DNA of 64,000 nucleotides from an uncultured Anaerolineaceae bacterium (GTDB lineage Bacteria; Chloroflexota; Anaerolineae; Anaerolineales; UBA11579): NCBI GenBank assembly GCA_964623375.1, contig CAZUTS010000001.1, positions 7,692 to 71,691 of the forward strand, read 5' to 3'. Shown piece by piece: positions 46,970 to 54,492 of this stretch (position 1 is its first letter; each line of letters starts with the position of its first letter). The notes under the pieces were generated by a model. It saw only the letters and a program-made list of their open reading frames with translations, ran no database searches and was not told where the DNA came from. The position numbers and the translations under genes were made by a program.

Positions 46970-49900
46970 CTATTCCTGTGGGCAGCTCTCCAGAGCCTGC
47001 AAGAAGGCGTCCACCACGTGTGGGTCAAACTGAGTGCCGCTGCAGCGTTTGAGTTCTGCCACGGCCTCTTCTTTGCTGCGCGCTTGGCGATAGACGCGCT
47101 CATCCGTCATGGCGACGTAAGCATCCGCCACGCTGATGATGCGCGCAATCTTGGGAATCTGCTCCCCCTTTAATCCATCCGGATAGCCGCTGCCGTCATA
47201 ACGCTCCTGATGGGCGCGGATGATCGGCGCTACCGTGGCCAGGTTGCGCACCGGCTCTACAATGCGGGCGCCGATCTCAGGGTGCTGGCGCATGATTTCA
47301 AGTTCGCCCTGCTCTAGCGAGCTGGGCTTGCGCAGAATCTCGTCTGGCACACCGATCTTGCCAATATCGTGCAGCAACGCACCCCATTTGATGTCTACCA
47401 GCTCATCCGGTGTGCAGCCCAGCAGGCGCCCGGTCTCCACGGCCAGGTCCACCAGGCGTTGGCTGTGCCCACTGGTATAGGTGTCACGCACATCGATAGC
47501 ACTGGCCAGTGCACTCACCGTTTGCAGGTAGGCGTCTTGCGCCTCCTCAAATAGGCGCACATTTTCCAGCGCAATGCCAGCGTGAATAGCGAAGTAGGAC
47601 ACCAGGTCTGCATCGGCCTGCGAGAATTGCTTGGCGGTGTAGCCATCAATGGTGAGCACGCCAATGCAGTTGCCGCGCGCGATCAGCGGTGCGCCGATCC
47701 ATGATTTCACCCGCTCCGCGCCAGGGATTTGCATCCAATCCGGGTGCAGGCTAATGTCCTCATACAAAATAGTGCGCTGTTCAAACAGTAAAGGATGGGC
47801 AAACTTGTCATCCTTGATGGAGAGTTCAAAGCCCACCTGGCTGCTGGGCAGCATGCCTGCCACCGCATGGATGACCAGGTTCTCGCCACGCACCAGCTGT
47901 ACCGAGGCGCTGTCGAACGGCACTACGCGCTTGAGCTGCTCCAGGATCAGGTTGAGCACACTGGCGCGATCTGCTGCCGAGCCGAGAATGGCCGCCACTT
48001 CACGCAGCGTTTCCGCCTGGCCGCGCTGCTCACGTTCAGCCTCGAACAAGCGCAGCTTGATCAGCGCAGTGCCGGTCTGGCTGGCGATTGTACTCAGCAG
48101 GCGCAGGTCCGCATCCGTGAACGCATTCAGGCGGCTGCTTTCGGCGTTGATTACACCCAGCACCTCATTGTTCGCGCCAAGGATCGGTACGCAAATCTCT
48201 GAGCGAATTTCGGGTTCAACGCGCATGTAGCTGGGTTCTTTGTGCACATCTGGCACACGAATTGCTTGGCGGGTAGAAGCTACTTTGCCGGTGATACCCT
48301 GTGAGAGCGCCACCGTTCGGGGGGCCGTGTGGTCGATGCCGCGGTACGAGGGGTGCACGTTCAGCTTGTCCTGCTCAGGTGACATCAGCAGGAAGCCGAA
48401 TTTATCCGTGTAGAGTGTGGCACCAATTACCTCGGTAGCGCGCTCGACCAGCTCATCTTCGCTTTTGGCATTTACCGCTGCTTGAGCGATGGCATGCAGA
48501 ATGGTCAGCTCTTGCAGCTGGCGCTTGGTGGACTCAAACAGGTGGATGCTCTCCAACGAGAGTGAAATCTGGTCTCCGAGGGTTGAGAAGGCGGCGACCT
48601 CGTAATCATCAAAAGCGTTGTACTTACTGCTCTCAATGTTCAGCAAGGCATATACCTTCTTGTATATCTTGATCGGGATGACCAGCTCTGAGCTGATGTC
48701 AGGGAAGCCTTCGGCTGCAAAGAAACTGGGGTGGTCTTTGGCGTTATTTGCCACCACCAGTTCGCCAGTGCTGGCGGCCAACCCCAACAGGCCGGTGCCG
48801 AAAGGCTGGCTGTATCCCTGGCGATTGCTCTGCTCGTTGTAGTCACCGGCCACAGCTTCGATGATGTACGTTTGCGTTTCATCATCCACACGGGAGATAT
48901 CTGTAGAGTCGTACCCCATGCGGCGGTGCAGGCAATCCACAATGATCTGGAACAGCTTCTCGCGCTCCAATACGCCACTCATGCGGTTGGTGAGCTCATT
49001 GAGCACGGCCAGTTGATCGGAGCGACGGCGCTCGGCGCTGGCTTTGCGCAGGCGCTCAATACCGGTGGCCAACTGCCCGGCCAGCGTGGTCAGCAGGCGT
49101 TCGTCATCTTCAGTGAAATGGCTGAGCTCTCGGCTTTCCGTGTTGATCACGCCAATCACACGTTCGCCAATCTTCATGGGCACGCACAACTCAGACAGCG
49201 TCTTCTTATCCAGATCCAAATAATCCGGATGGTTGCGTGCATCATCCAGTCGTAGTGGTTTGCCCGTTTCGGCAACGCGCCCGGTGATCCCCTGGCCCAG
49301 TGCAATCGGCGTCATGGCAACTTCAGGAGGCGATTCGTAAGAGGGGTGAACGCGCAGATAGTTGCTGTGCTCATCCAGCAGAATGATGCCGAAGTTGTCC
49401 GAATAAATACTGTGGCGGATGAGCTGCGTAGCGCTTTCGATCAGCTCGTCTTCGGAATTAGCCTCGGTGGTGGCATTGGCTACCTGCTGCAGAATGGTCA
49501 GCTCCTGCAACTGGCGGCGCGTGGCTTGAAAGAGGCGCGCATTCTCAATGGCCACTGCTGCCTGGTGACACAGGGTCTGCACCAGATAGATCTCACGGCT
49601 AGTGAACTCTCGTTTGAGCTTGTCATCTTGCAGCTCCACCAAGCCGATTGTTTTGCTTTGCGCGATCAGGGGCAGCAACAATACTGAACTGGCCCCGGCA
49701 GCCTTAATCGCCTTTTCCTCACTCGGCAGCAGCAGCCTGTCGCCCAAGCGGCGCTGCATGGCCTGGCCTTGCTCCAATACGGGCTTGACATCAATCAGGG
49801 GAGCAATCGGGGTAGCCTGTTTGCGGTTGTCGCTGCGCTGGTAGCTATGGCGCAGACGCAAATCCTGCGTATCGGCTAGCCAGTCATAGGCAACAAAGGC

Positions 49901-50485
49901 GGTGACATCCAGCAGGTTGGCCAGTTGGTGGCCAACCACTTGGATCACCTTATTAATATCCAGGCTTGAGGCAATACTGGCGCCGGTCAGGGCCAGGGCC
50001 GCCAACTCATCTACGTTTTGGCCCTCGGTACTGTTGCTGGGCCATTCAGTTGGCGTAGTTTCAGGATGCGTAATGGTGATCTTGACCAGGTCGGCTTCTT
50101 TGACCGGTAAAGCCATCATTTCCACTGTGCCGCTAATGGCCTTGCCACTGGGGGTCTTGCCCTGCCAAGAAAATGCTGGGGTGCCGCCATTGCGCAATTG
50201 CTTGAGGTGGTTTTGATACTGTTTGGGAGTTGGCCCAGGGCCGGCGCTCAGTTGGGCGAAATCACGCCCAGCCAGGGAGTCTTGTTCGGCCTCAAACAGC
50301 AGCAGGGCGCTCTGGTTGGCCACCAGAACCTCACCGCTGTCTGCCTGCACAATCAGCACCGCCTCGGCTATATGTTCAACCAAAGCTCTGATGCGGCTGA
50401 GCGTACGAGTGAGATCAGCACGTGAAGCCGTGCGTCTGGAACGCGGGTTTTCGAATGAAGCAAGCAGCATCGTTTTAGCATCCAT
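46970..50485 (-). CDS. PAS + multiple (about five) GAF domains + HD-GYP c-di-GMP phosphodiesterase-type output
   Basis: C-terminal HDIGKIGVPDEIL...MRQHP...HQERYDGSGYPDGL (HD-GYP). Upstream are repeated GAF-like units, each containing ...E(L/I)CVP(M/I/L)..., and an N-terminal PAS-like segment. Confidence 0.85.
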   Translation of the reverse strand: MDAKTMLLASFENPRSRRTASRADLTRTLSRIRALVEHIAEAVLIVQADSGEVLVANQSALLLFEAEQDSLAGRDFAQLSAGPGPTPKQYQNHLKQLRNGGTPAFSWQGKTPSGKAISGTVEMMALPVKEADLVKITITHPETTPTEWPSNSTEGQNVDELAALALTGASIASSLDINKVIQVVGHQLANLLDVTAFVAYDWLADTQDLRLRHSYQRSDNRKQATPIAPLIDVKPVLEQGQAMQRRLGDRLLLPSEEKAIKAAGASSVLLLPLIAQSKTIGLVELQDDKLKREFTSREIYLVQTLCHQAAVAIENARLFQATRRQLQELTILQQVANATTEANSEDELIESATQLIRHSIYSDNFGIILLDEHSNYLRVHPSYESPPEVAMTPIALGQGITGRVAETGKPLRLDDARNHPDYLDLDKKTLSELCVPMKIGERVIGVINTESRELSHFTEDDERLLTTLAGQLATGIERLRKASAERRRSDQLAVLNELTNRMSGVLEREKLFQIIVDCLHRRMGYDSTDISRVDDETQTYIIEAVAGDYNEQSNRQGYSQPFGTGLLGLAASTGELVVANNAKDHPSFFAAEGFPDISSELVIPIKIYKKVYALLNIESSKYNAFDDYEVAAFSTLGDQISLSLESIHLFESTKRQLQELTILHAIAQAAVNAKSEDELVERATEVIGATLYTDKFGFLLMSPEQDKLNVHPSYRGIDHTAPRTVALSQGITGKVASTRQAIRVPDVHKEPSYMRVEPEIRSEICVPILGANNEVLGVINAESSRLNAFTDADLRLLSTIASQTGTALIKLRLFEAEREQRGQAETLREVAAILGSAADRASVLNLILEQLKRVVPFDSASVQLVRGENLVIHAVAGMLPSSQVGFELSIKDDKFAHPLLFEQRTILYEDISLHPDWMQIPGAERVKSWIGAPLIARGNCIGVLTIDGYTAKQFSQADADLVSYFAIHAGIALENVRLFEEAQDAYLQTVSALASAIDVRDTYTSGHSQRLVDLAVETGRLLGCTPDELVDIKWGALLHDIGKIGVPDEILRKPSSLEQGELEIMRQHPEIGARIVEPVRNLATVAPIIRAHQERYDGSGYPDGLKGEQIPKIARIISVADAYVAMTDERVYRQARSKEEAVAELKRCSGTQFDPHVVDAFLQALESCPQE

Positions 50486-50524
50486 GAGCGCTGCTCAGCG
50501 TGCGGGCGGCGAAGGCACTATGAA

Positions 50525-50545
50525 GGCTGCACGCAACGTGCAGCC
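50525..50545 (-). terminator. strong hairpin (possible terminator or attenuator) after the small-protein pair
   Basis: Minus strand GGCTGCACG-TTG-CGTGCAGCC, a perfect 9-bp stem, followed only by a weak T tract (TTCATAG). Confidence 0.45.
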
Positions 50546-50573
50546 GGTGCCATTGAAAATGCTGTAGCTTATT

Positions 50574-50789
50574 CTAGTGCAGGGTCGGGGCAGCTTGGAT
50601 CAGGGTGCCCAAGCGGCGCATGAACTGGTCCAAATCCATAGCCTGGATGGCAGTTACCGCGCGCATTTCTTCTTCATTGAGCTGGAAGGCGCCCAATTTC
50701 TCTTGCAGGCGTCCGCTCAGCAGCGCAGCCTTGAAATCCTGATCGACCAGAGCGAGAGTAGCGATAGCGTTCAATTTCAGTTTGGACAT
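50574..50789 (-). CDS. 71-aa helical protein resembling RiPP leader domains of the NHLP/Nif11 clan (Os1348- or Franean1_4349-like), with no obvious core
   Basis: AAAGGAGA SD 5 nt before the ATG. The sequence ...LVDQDFKAALLSGRLQEKLGAFQLNEEEMRAVTAIQAMDLDQFMRRL fits the D..F+..L...-...L..(F/Y).L(T/N)-EE...L...D...L pattern as I remember it for those families. Confidence 0.55.
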   Translation of the reverse strand: MSKLKLNAIATLALVDQDFKAALLSGRLQEKLGAFQLNEEEMRAVTAIQAMDLDQFMRRLGTLIQAAPTLH

Positions 50790-50830
50790 TGCAATCTCCT
50801 TTGGTAGGGGTGGAACCTTTGGCGAAGGGA

Positions 50831-51025
50831 CTAGCGGGAGGAGGGGCTGGTGCCGATGCCGCCGCCGATGGGGTGGTTAGCCTGAGGGCCAGTGCCAATC
50901 CCGCCACCGATGGGGTGGTTCATCTGGGGGCCAGTGCCAATACCACCGCCGATGGGGTGGTTCATCTCAGGGCCAGTGCCAATGCCGCCACCGATAGGAT
51001 GAGAGAAAGCGAAAGAGTTGGTCAT
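50831..51025 (-). CDS. 64-aa tandem-repeat peptide: MTNSFAFS + 4 x 14 aa (HPIGGGIGTGPxMN)
   Basis: AAAGGAG SD 8 nt before the ATG at 51025 (the track ORF starts further up at 51061). Four in-frame 42-nt units differ mainly at synonymous sites. Confidence 0.6.
   Translation of the reverse strand: MTNSFAFSHPIGGGIGTGPEMNHPIGGGIGTGPQMNHPIGGGIGTGPQANHPIGGGIGTSPSSR
50834..51001 (-). repeat. 4 x 42-nt in-frame tandem repeat (coding)
   Basis: Units: catcctatcggtggcggcattggcactggccctgagatgaac / caccccatcggcggtggtattggcactggcccccagatgaac / caccccatcggtggcgggattggcactggccctcaggctaac / caccccatcggcggcggcatcggcaccagcccctcctcccgc. Confidence 0.9.
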
Positions 51026-51171
51026 GTTTAAAGCTCCTTTAGGTTGTTTGATTGGCAACATTCTATAAGCTGCCCTATGAACGCAGCTATGAGCAAAAGT
51101 GCCAAAAAAGCCACCAATTTTCCAGGTAGCTGTTTTCCACTACTAGCAATGTAGTTGCAATTTCCTTGCCG

Positions 51172-54100
51172 CTACACCCGTATCGTTAGCTGGGTGTAAT
51201 AGTCTTGAAGGGCGTCAACCGGGTCTGCGTTGAGCTCTTTGCGCAATAGTTGTTTGTATTGTTTGAAGTGGGCAATCGCGGCTGAGGCGGCTCCGGAATC
51301 CACCATGCTCTTCATCAGCGCCAGGTGCGCCTCGTCGCGGTACGGGTCGGTGGCCACCACACGCTCGTAGATCTCGCGCGCCTCGCGGAAGCGCTTGGCT
51401 TTCACATCGATTGCCCCCAGTTGCTCCAGCGCGTTCAGATACAGGTGACGCAGGTCTTCGCGGCGCTGGTCTGCCCATTCCATGAAAATGTCTTCCAAAT
51501 ACACGCCGTTGTACAGGGTCACCGCCTGGCGCAACAGCTCGGCGCGCTCGGCGCTGTCCAGCGGGCTGGCATTCGCCTGGCGCACATAGGCTTCAAATTC
51601 GCCGGCATCGTACCAGGTCTGGATGCTGGGGTGCAGCGTGTACTGCTCATCTTCAAAAACGATCGAGTCTTTGAACCCCAGTGCCTGGCGCACGCGCCAC
51701 AGCGTAGCGTGGAAGTTGCTGCTTACCTTGCCGGGGCTAAAATCCGGCCAAAAGTCGATGCCAATGGCTTCTTTCCTCACCCGCTGGCGATCCAGGATAT
51801 AGATGAAGAGGGCACGCGCCCGCGAAGAGCGCCACACCGTGTGCGGCATGGGCTCGCCGTTGCGGCGAATCTCGGAGTGGCCCAGCGTGTAGACTTCCAG
51901 CAGCTGCGGTGTGACCTCGCTATCGTGGCGCTCGCCCTCCAGCGTGCTGCGCGTCATGGTGGCATGCAGCGCCTTTTGCAGAATGGCGTCCAGCTGTGGG
52001 CTGGGGGCGCTCTCGTGGGCGGCTTGCAGCACCGCGTGCCAATCACGCGCCAACGGGATCAGGAACTGCTCGTAGCCCAACTGGGCCGCTGCCTGCAATG
52101 CCTTGGTCATCAGCGGTTGGGCTTGCGCCGCGTTGCCTTGTGAAAACAGAATGCACGCACTCAGGAATGCCGCGGTCACCTCGTCTTGCTGCGCCTGCGG
52201 ACCCCAGCTCTGCATGGCGCTCTGTAACTGTGCCAGCGCCAGGTCATACTGCTGCATATTGGCGTAGGTCCAGCCCATATGCAGCGCATACGCCGTCTCG
52301 CTGAAGTGCGAACCCGCCTGGCTGGCAGCTTTGCGCAGCCAGGCCATGGCGCCGTTGTAGTCTCCCAAAGCGCTGGCGGCCCGCGAAAGGCTGACATAAA
52401 CCGGAACCAGCTCCTGAGTTTCCCCGGCGCTTTCGCCGATCTCTACCGCGGCCAGCAGGCAGCTTTGTGCTTCCTCCGCATCAGCCAGGTCAAGCAACAA
52501 GGCGCCTTGGCCACTGAGGATGGCGATTTGCTCACGAGCGCGCCCTGCCGTCTGGGCATGCCCCAGCGCCAGCATATATTCCTTCCAAGCCGCCTGATAG
52601 TCGCCCACCTGGTGGTGCAGGTAGGCGATATTGTTGCGCGCCGAGGCGCGTGCTCCCAGGTTGCTGCGGATGGCAATGTGAATATCCAGCGCCTCCTGGA
52701 AGGCTTGCTGGGCGCTGAGCATCTTGCCACTGGTGATATGGATCAAGCCCAGGTCGTTGAGACATTCCGCCAGGTCAAACAAAAAGAGCGAGCCGGCCTG
52801 TGTGCCGGGCGTTTCTGCCAATTGGCGCAGCCCGCTCACAGCGTTGTTGATGTGAGCAATGCCCTCCGCCGTTTGCCCCAGGGCGTGCAGGGGCACGCCG
52901 CGCAAGCGCTCCGCCTGGAACCACTGCAGTGACCCGCGGTGTGCCTTTGCCAGTATCGCTTGTGCCGCGTCGGCCTCGGCGATGGCGCCTTTGGGCTTGC
53001 CAGTGAAACGGTAGACCATGCCGCGGGTGATATACGCGTTGGCGAGCAGCTCAATATTGCCGCGCGCTTTCAATATTGGTTCAGCCTCGCTCAGTAATTC
53101 CAGGCAGGCTTGGAATTGGCTCTGATTGCCCAGCGCTTTGGCCTGGTACAGCATCAGGCGCGGCGCCAGCTGGCGCAGCATGGCGGTCTTGTTCAGCTCG
53201 TCCAGCCAGCGCGCCAGCACTGCCTGGCGGCCCGAGGTGAAGAATGGCTCCGCCACTGCATCCATCCATGCCGCCGCCGTCTGCTGCTGCTGCGCCGCCA
53301 GCATGTGCGCAATGGCGCCTTCCCACTCCTGGCGCGTGTAATGCCAATCCGCAGCGCGGGCGTGAAAGGCGCGCAGCTGGCCCGGGTTGTGCCGGGCTAA
53401 ATAATCCTGCAGAAACTCAGAGAACAGTTGGTGAAAACGGTAGCTGTTGCCTTCACGCGTTTCCGTGCGGCTGACGAACAGGTTGCGCTCTTCCAGCGCA
53501 CGCAGCATCACCCCGGAGTCCTCGCGTTGCAGCACATAGTTGCACTGCATTTCATTGAAATCACTAAAGATGGATGCGCCCAGCATGAACTCGCGCAGCT
53601 CTTCGCTTTGCTGGTTGACCACTTCTTCGGCCAGGTAGGTGTAGACCTGCTCGGTGTTGCCCAGGAAGCTGGGAATGCTGGCGGAGCCCATGGCGCGCAC
53701 CGCCAGCAACAAGGCTACGATCCATCCGTCGGCACGCTTGGCCAACTCCTGGGCCTCCTCTTGCGAGAGGCGCAGCCGATAGTTTTGCAGCACCAGCTTT
53801 TGCAGCTCATCGGCACGGAAGCGCAGCTCGTCCGCACCGATGGTGACCAGCTCATCACGAATATACAAGCTGGCCGCCGGAATGCCATACACACTGCGCG
53901 AGCCGATGAGGATACGCAAATGGTCGGGCAGGTTCTCCAGCAGGCTTTCCATGAAATCGACGATCTGCTGGTTTTCACCGGCCAGGTGATAGTCATCCAG
54001 CACCAGTACACTGAAATCCGGCACTTGCTCCTGGATGGCGTTGATCAGCTCGGTGGCAATGCTCGGTGCGTCAGGCGAGGCGCCCGGGTTGTCCAGGCGC

Positions 54101-54390
54101 TCTTGCAGCGTGGTGCCGAAGCCTGGGAACTGCTGCTGGAACGAGGCGACGATGTGCTGGGCAAATTGCACCAGGTCACCGTCTTCGGGGCTGATGCGAT
54201 ACCAGCACACCTGCGCATCCACGTCTGTGGCAAAGTCCACCAGCAGCGTGGTTTTACCGTAGCCAGCCGGGGCCGAGACAAAGGTCAGCTTACGGTGCAG
54301 GTTTTGGTGCAATCTGTCAATCAGGCGCACGCGCCGCAATACGTCTTTGCGACGCTGCGGGGCACGCACCTTGGTGAGCAGAATGGTCAT
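51172..54390 (-). CDS. STAND-type regulator: MalT-like NTPase + TPR array + C-terminal SARP (winged helix + BTAD) domain
   Basis: N-terminus MTILLTKVRAPQRRKDVLRRVRLIDRL...FVSAPAGYGKTTLL (MalT/LuxR-large-ATPase style), then a long TPR-like middle. The C-terminus TLGHSEIRRNGEPM...FHATLWRVRQALG...YNGVYLED...DPYRDEAHLALMKSM is SARP/BTAD-like. I chose the start at 54390; the upstream 116 codons of the track ORF overlap the divergent pdp promoter. Confidence 0.75.
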   Translation of the reverse strand: MTILLTKVRAPQRRKDVLRRVRLIDRLHQNLHRKLTFVSAPAGYGKTTLLVDFATDVDAQVCWYRISPEDGDLVQFAQHIVASFQQQFPGFGTTLQERLDNPGASPDAPSIATELINAIQEQVPDFSVLVLDDYHLAGENQQIVDFMESLLENLPDHLRILIGSRSVYGIPAASLYIRDELVTIGADELRFRADELQKLVLQNYRLRLSQEEAQELAKRADGWIVALLLAVRAMGSASIPSFLGNTEQVYTYLAEEVVNQQSEELREFMLGASIFSDFNEMQCNYVLQREDSGVMLRALEERNLFVSRTETREGNSYRFHQLFSEFLQDYLARHNPGQLRAFHARAADWHYTRQEWEGAIAHMLAAQQQQTAAAWMDAVAEPFFTSGRQAVLARWLDELNKTAMLRQLAPRLMLYQAKALGNQSQFQACLELLSEAEPILKARGNIELLANAYITRGMVYRFTGKPKGAIAEADAAQAILAKAHRGSLQWFQAERLRGVPLHALGQTAEGIAHINNAVSGLRQLAETPGTQAGSLFLFDLAECLNDLGLIHITSGKMLSAQQAFQEALDIHIAIRSNLGARASARNNIAYLHHQVGDYQAAWKEYMLALGHAQTAGRAREQIAILSGQGALLLDLADAEEAQSCLLAAVEIGESAGETQELVPVYVSLSRAASALGDYNGAMAWLRKAASQAGSHFSETAYALHMGWTYANMQQYDLALAQLQSAMQSWGPQAQQDEVTAAFLSACILFSQGNAAQAQPLMTKALQAAAQLGYEQFLIPLARDWHAVLQAAHESAPSPQLDAILQKALHATMTRSTLEGERHDSEVTPQLLEVYTLGHSEIRRNGEPMPHTVWRSSRARALFIYILDRQRVRKEAIGIDFWPDFSPGKVSSNFHATLWRVRQALGFKDSIVFEDEQYTLHPSIQTWYDAGEFEAYVRQANASPLDSAERAELLRQAVTLYNGVYLEDIFMEWADQRREDLRHLYLNALEQLGAIDVKAKRFREAREIYERVVATDPYRDEAHLALMKSMVDSGAASAAIAHFKQYKQLLRKELNADPVDALQDYYTQLTIRV

Positions 54391-54470
54391 CGAACCAGGA
54401 ACCTTCCGTACCCGTATTGTAGGGCAATACGGCAGGAATGTTGAGTCAAGATAAGCGGCTGACAGGCCAG

Positions 54471-54476
54471 TATAAT
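54471..54476 (+). promoter_or_regulatory. -10 box TATAAT upstream of pdp
   Basis: TATAAT lies 16 nt before the ATG at 54493, with GAGG in the short leader. No clear -35. Confidence 0.35.
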
Positions 54477-54492
54477 TTTCGCACGAGGTAAC

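Noticed and set aside
50834-51001. Tandem 42-nt repeats considered as a possible CRISPR array
   Set aside because: The units are contiguous with no spacers and sit in frame within an SD-preceded ORF. There is no cas gene and no leader. This is a coding tandem repeat.
51092-51104. Sigma-54-like TGGCAC...TTGC on the minus strand upstream of the repeat peptide
   Set aside because: In TGGCACTTTTGCT the GG-to-GC spacing is 9 nt, not the 12 nt of the -24/-12 consensus, and no enhancer-binding protein is nearby.
51325-54444. Plus-strand ORFs of 272 aa (51325-52143), 217 aa (52279-52932) and 338 aa (53428-54444)
   Set aside because: All are antisense to the STAND/SARP regulator. Their composition is Ala/Gly/Arg/Gln/His-rich, with no motifs.
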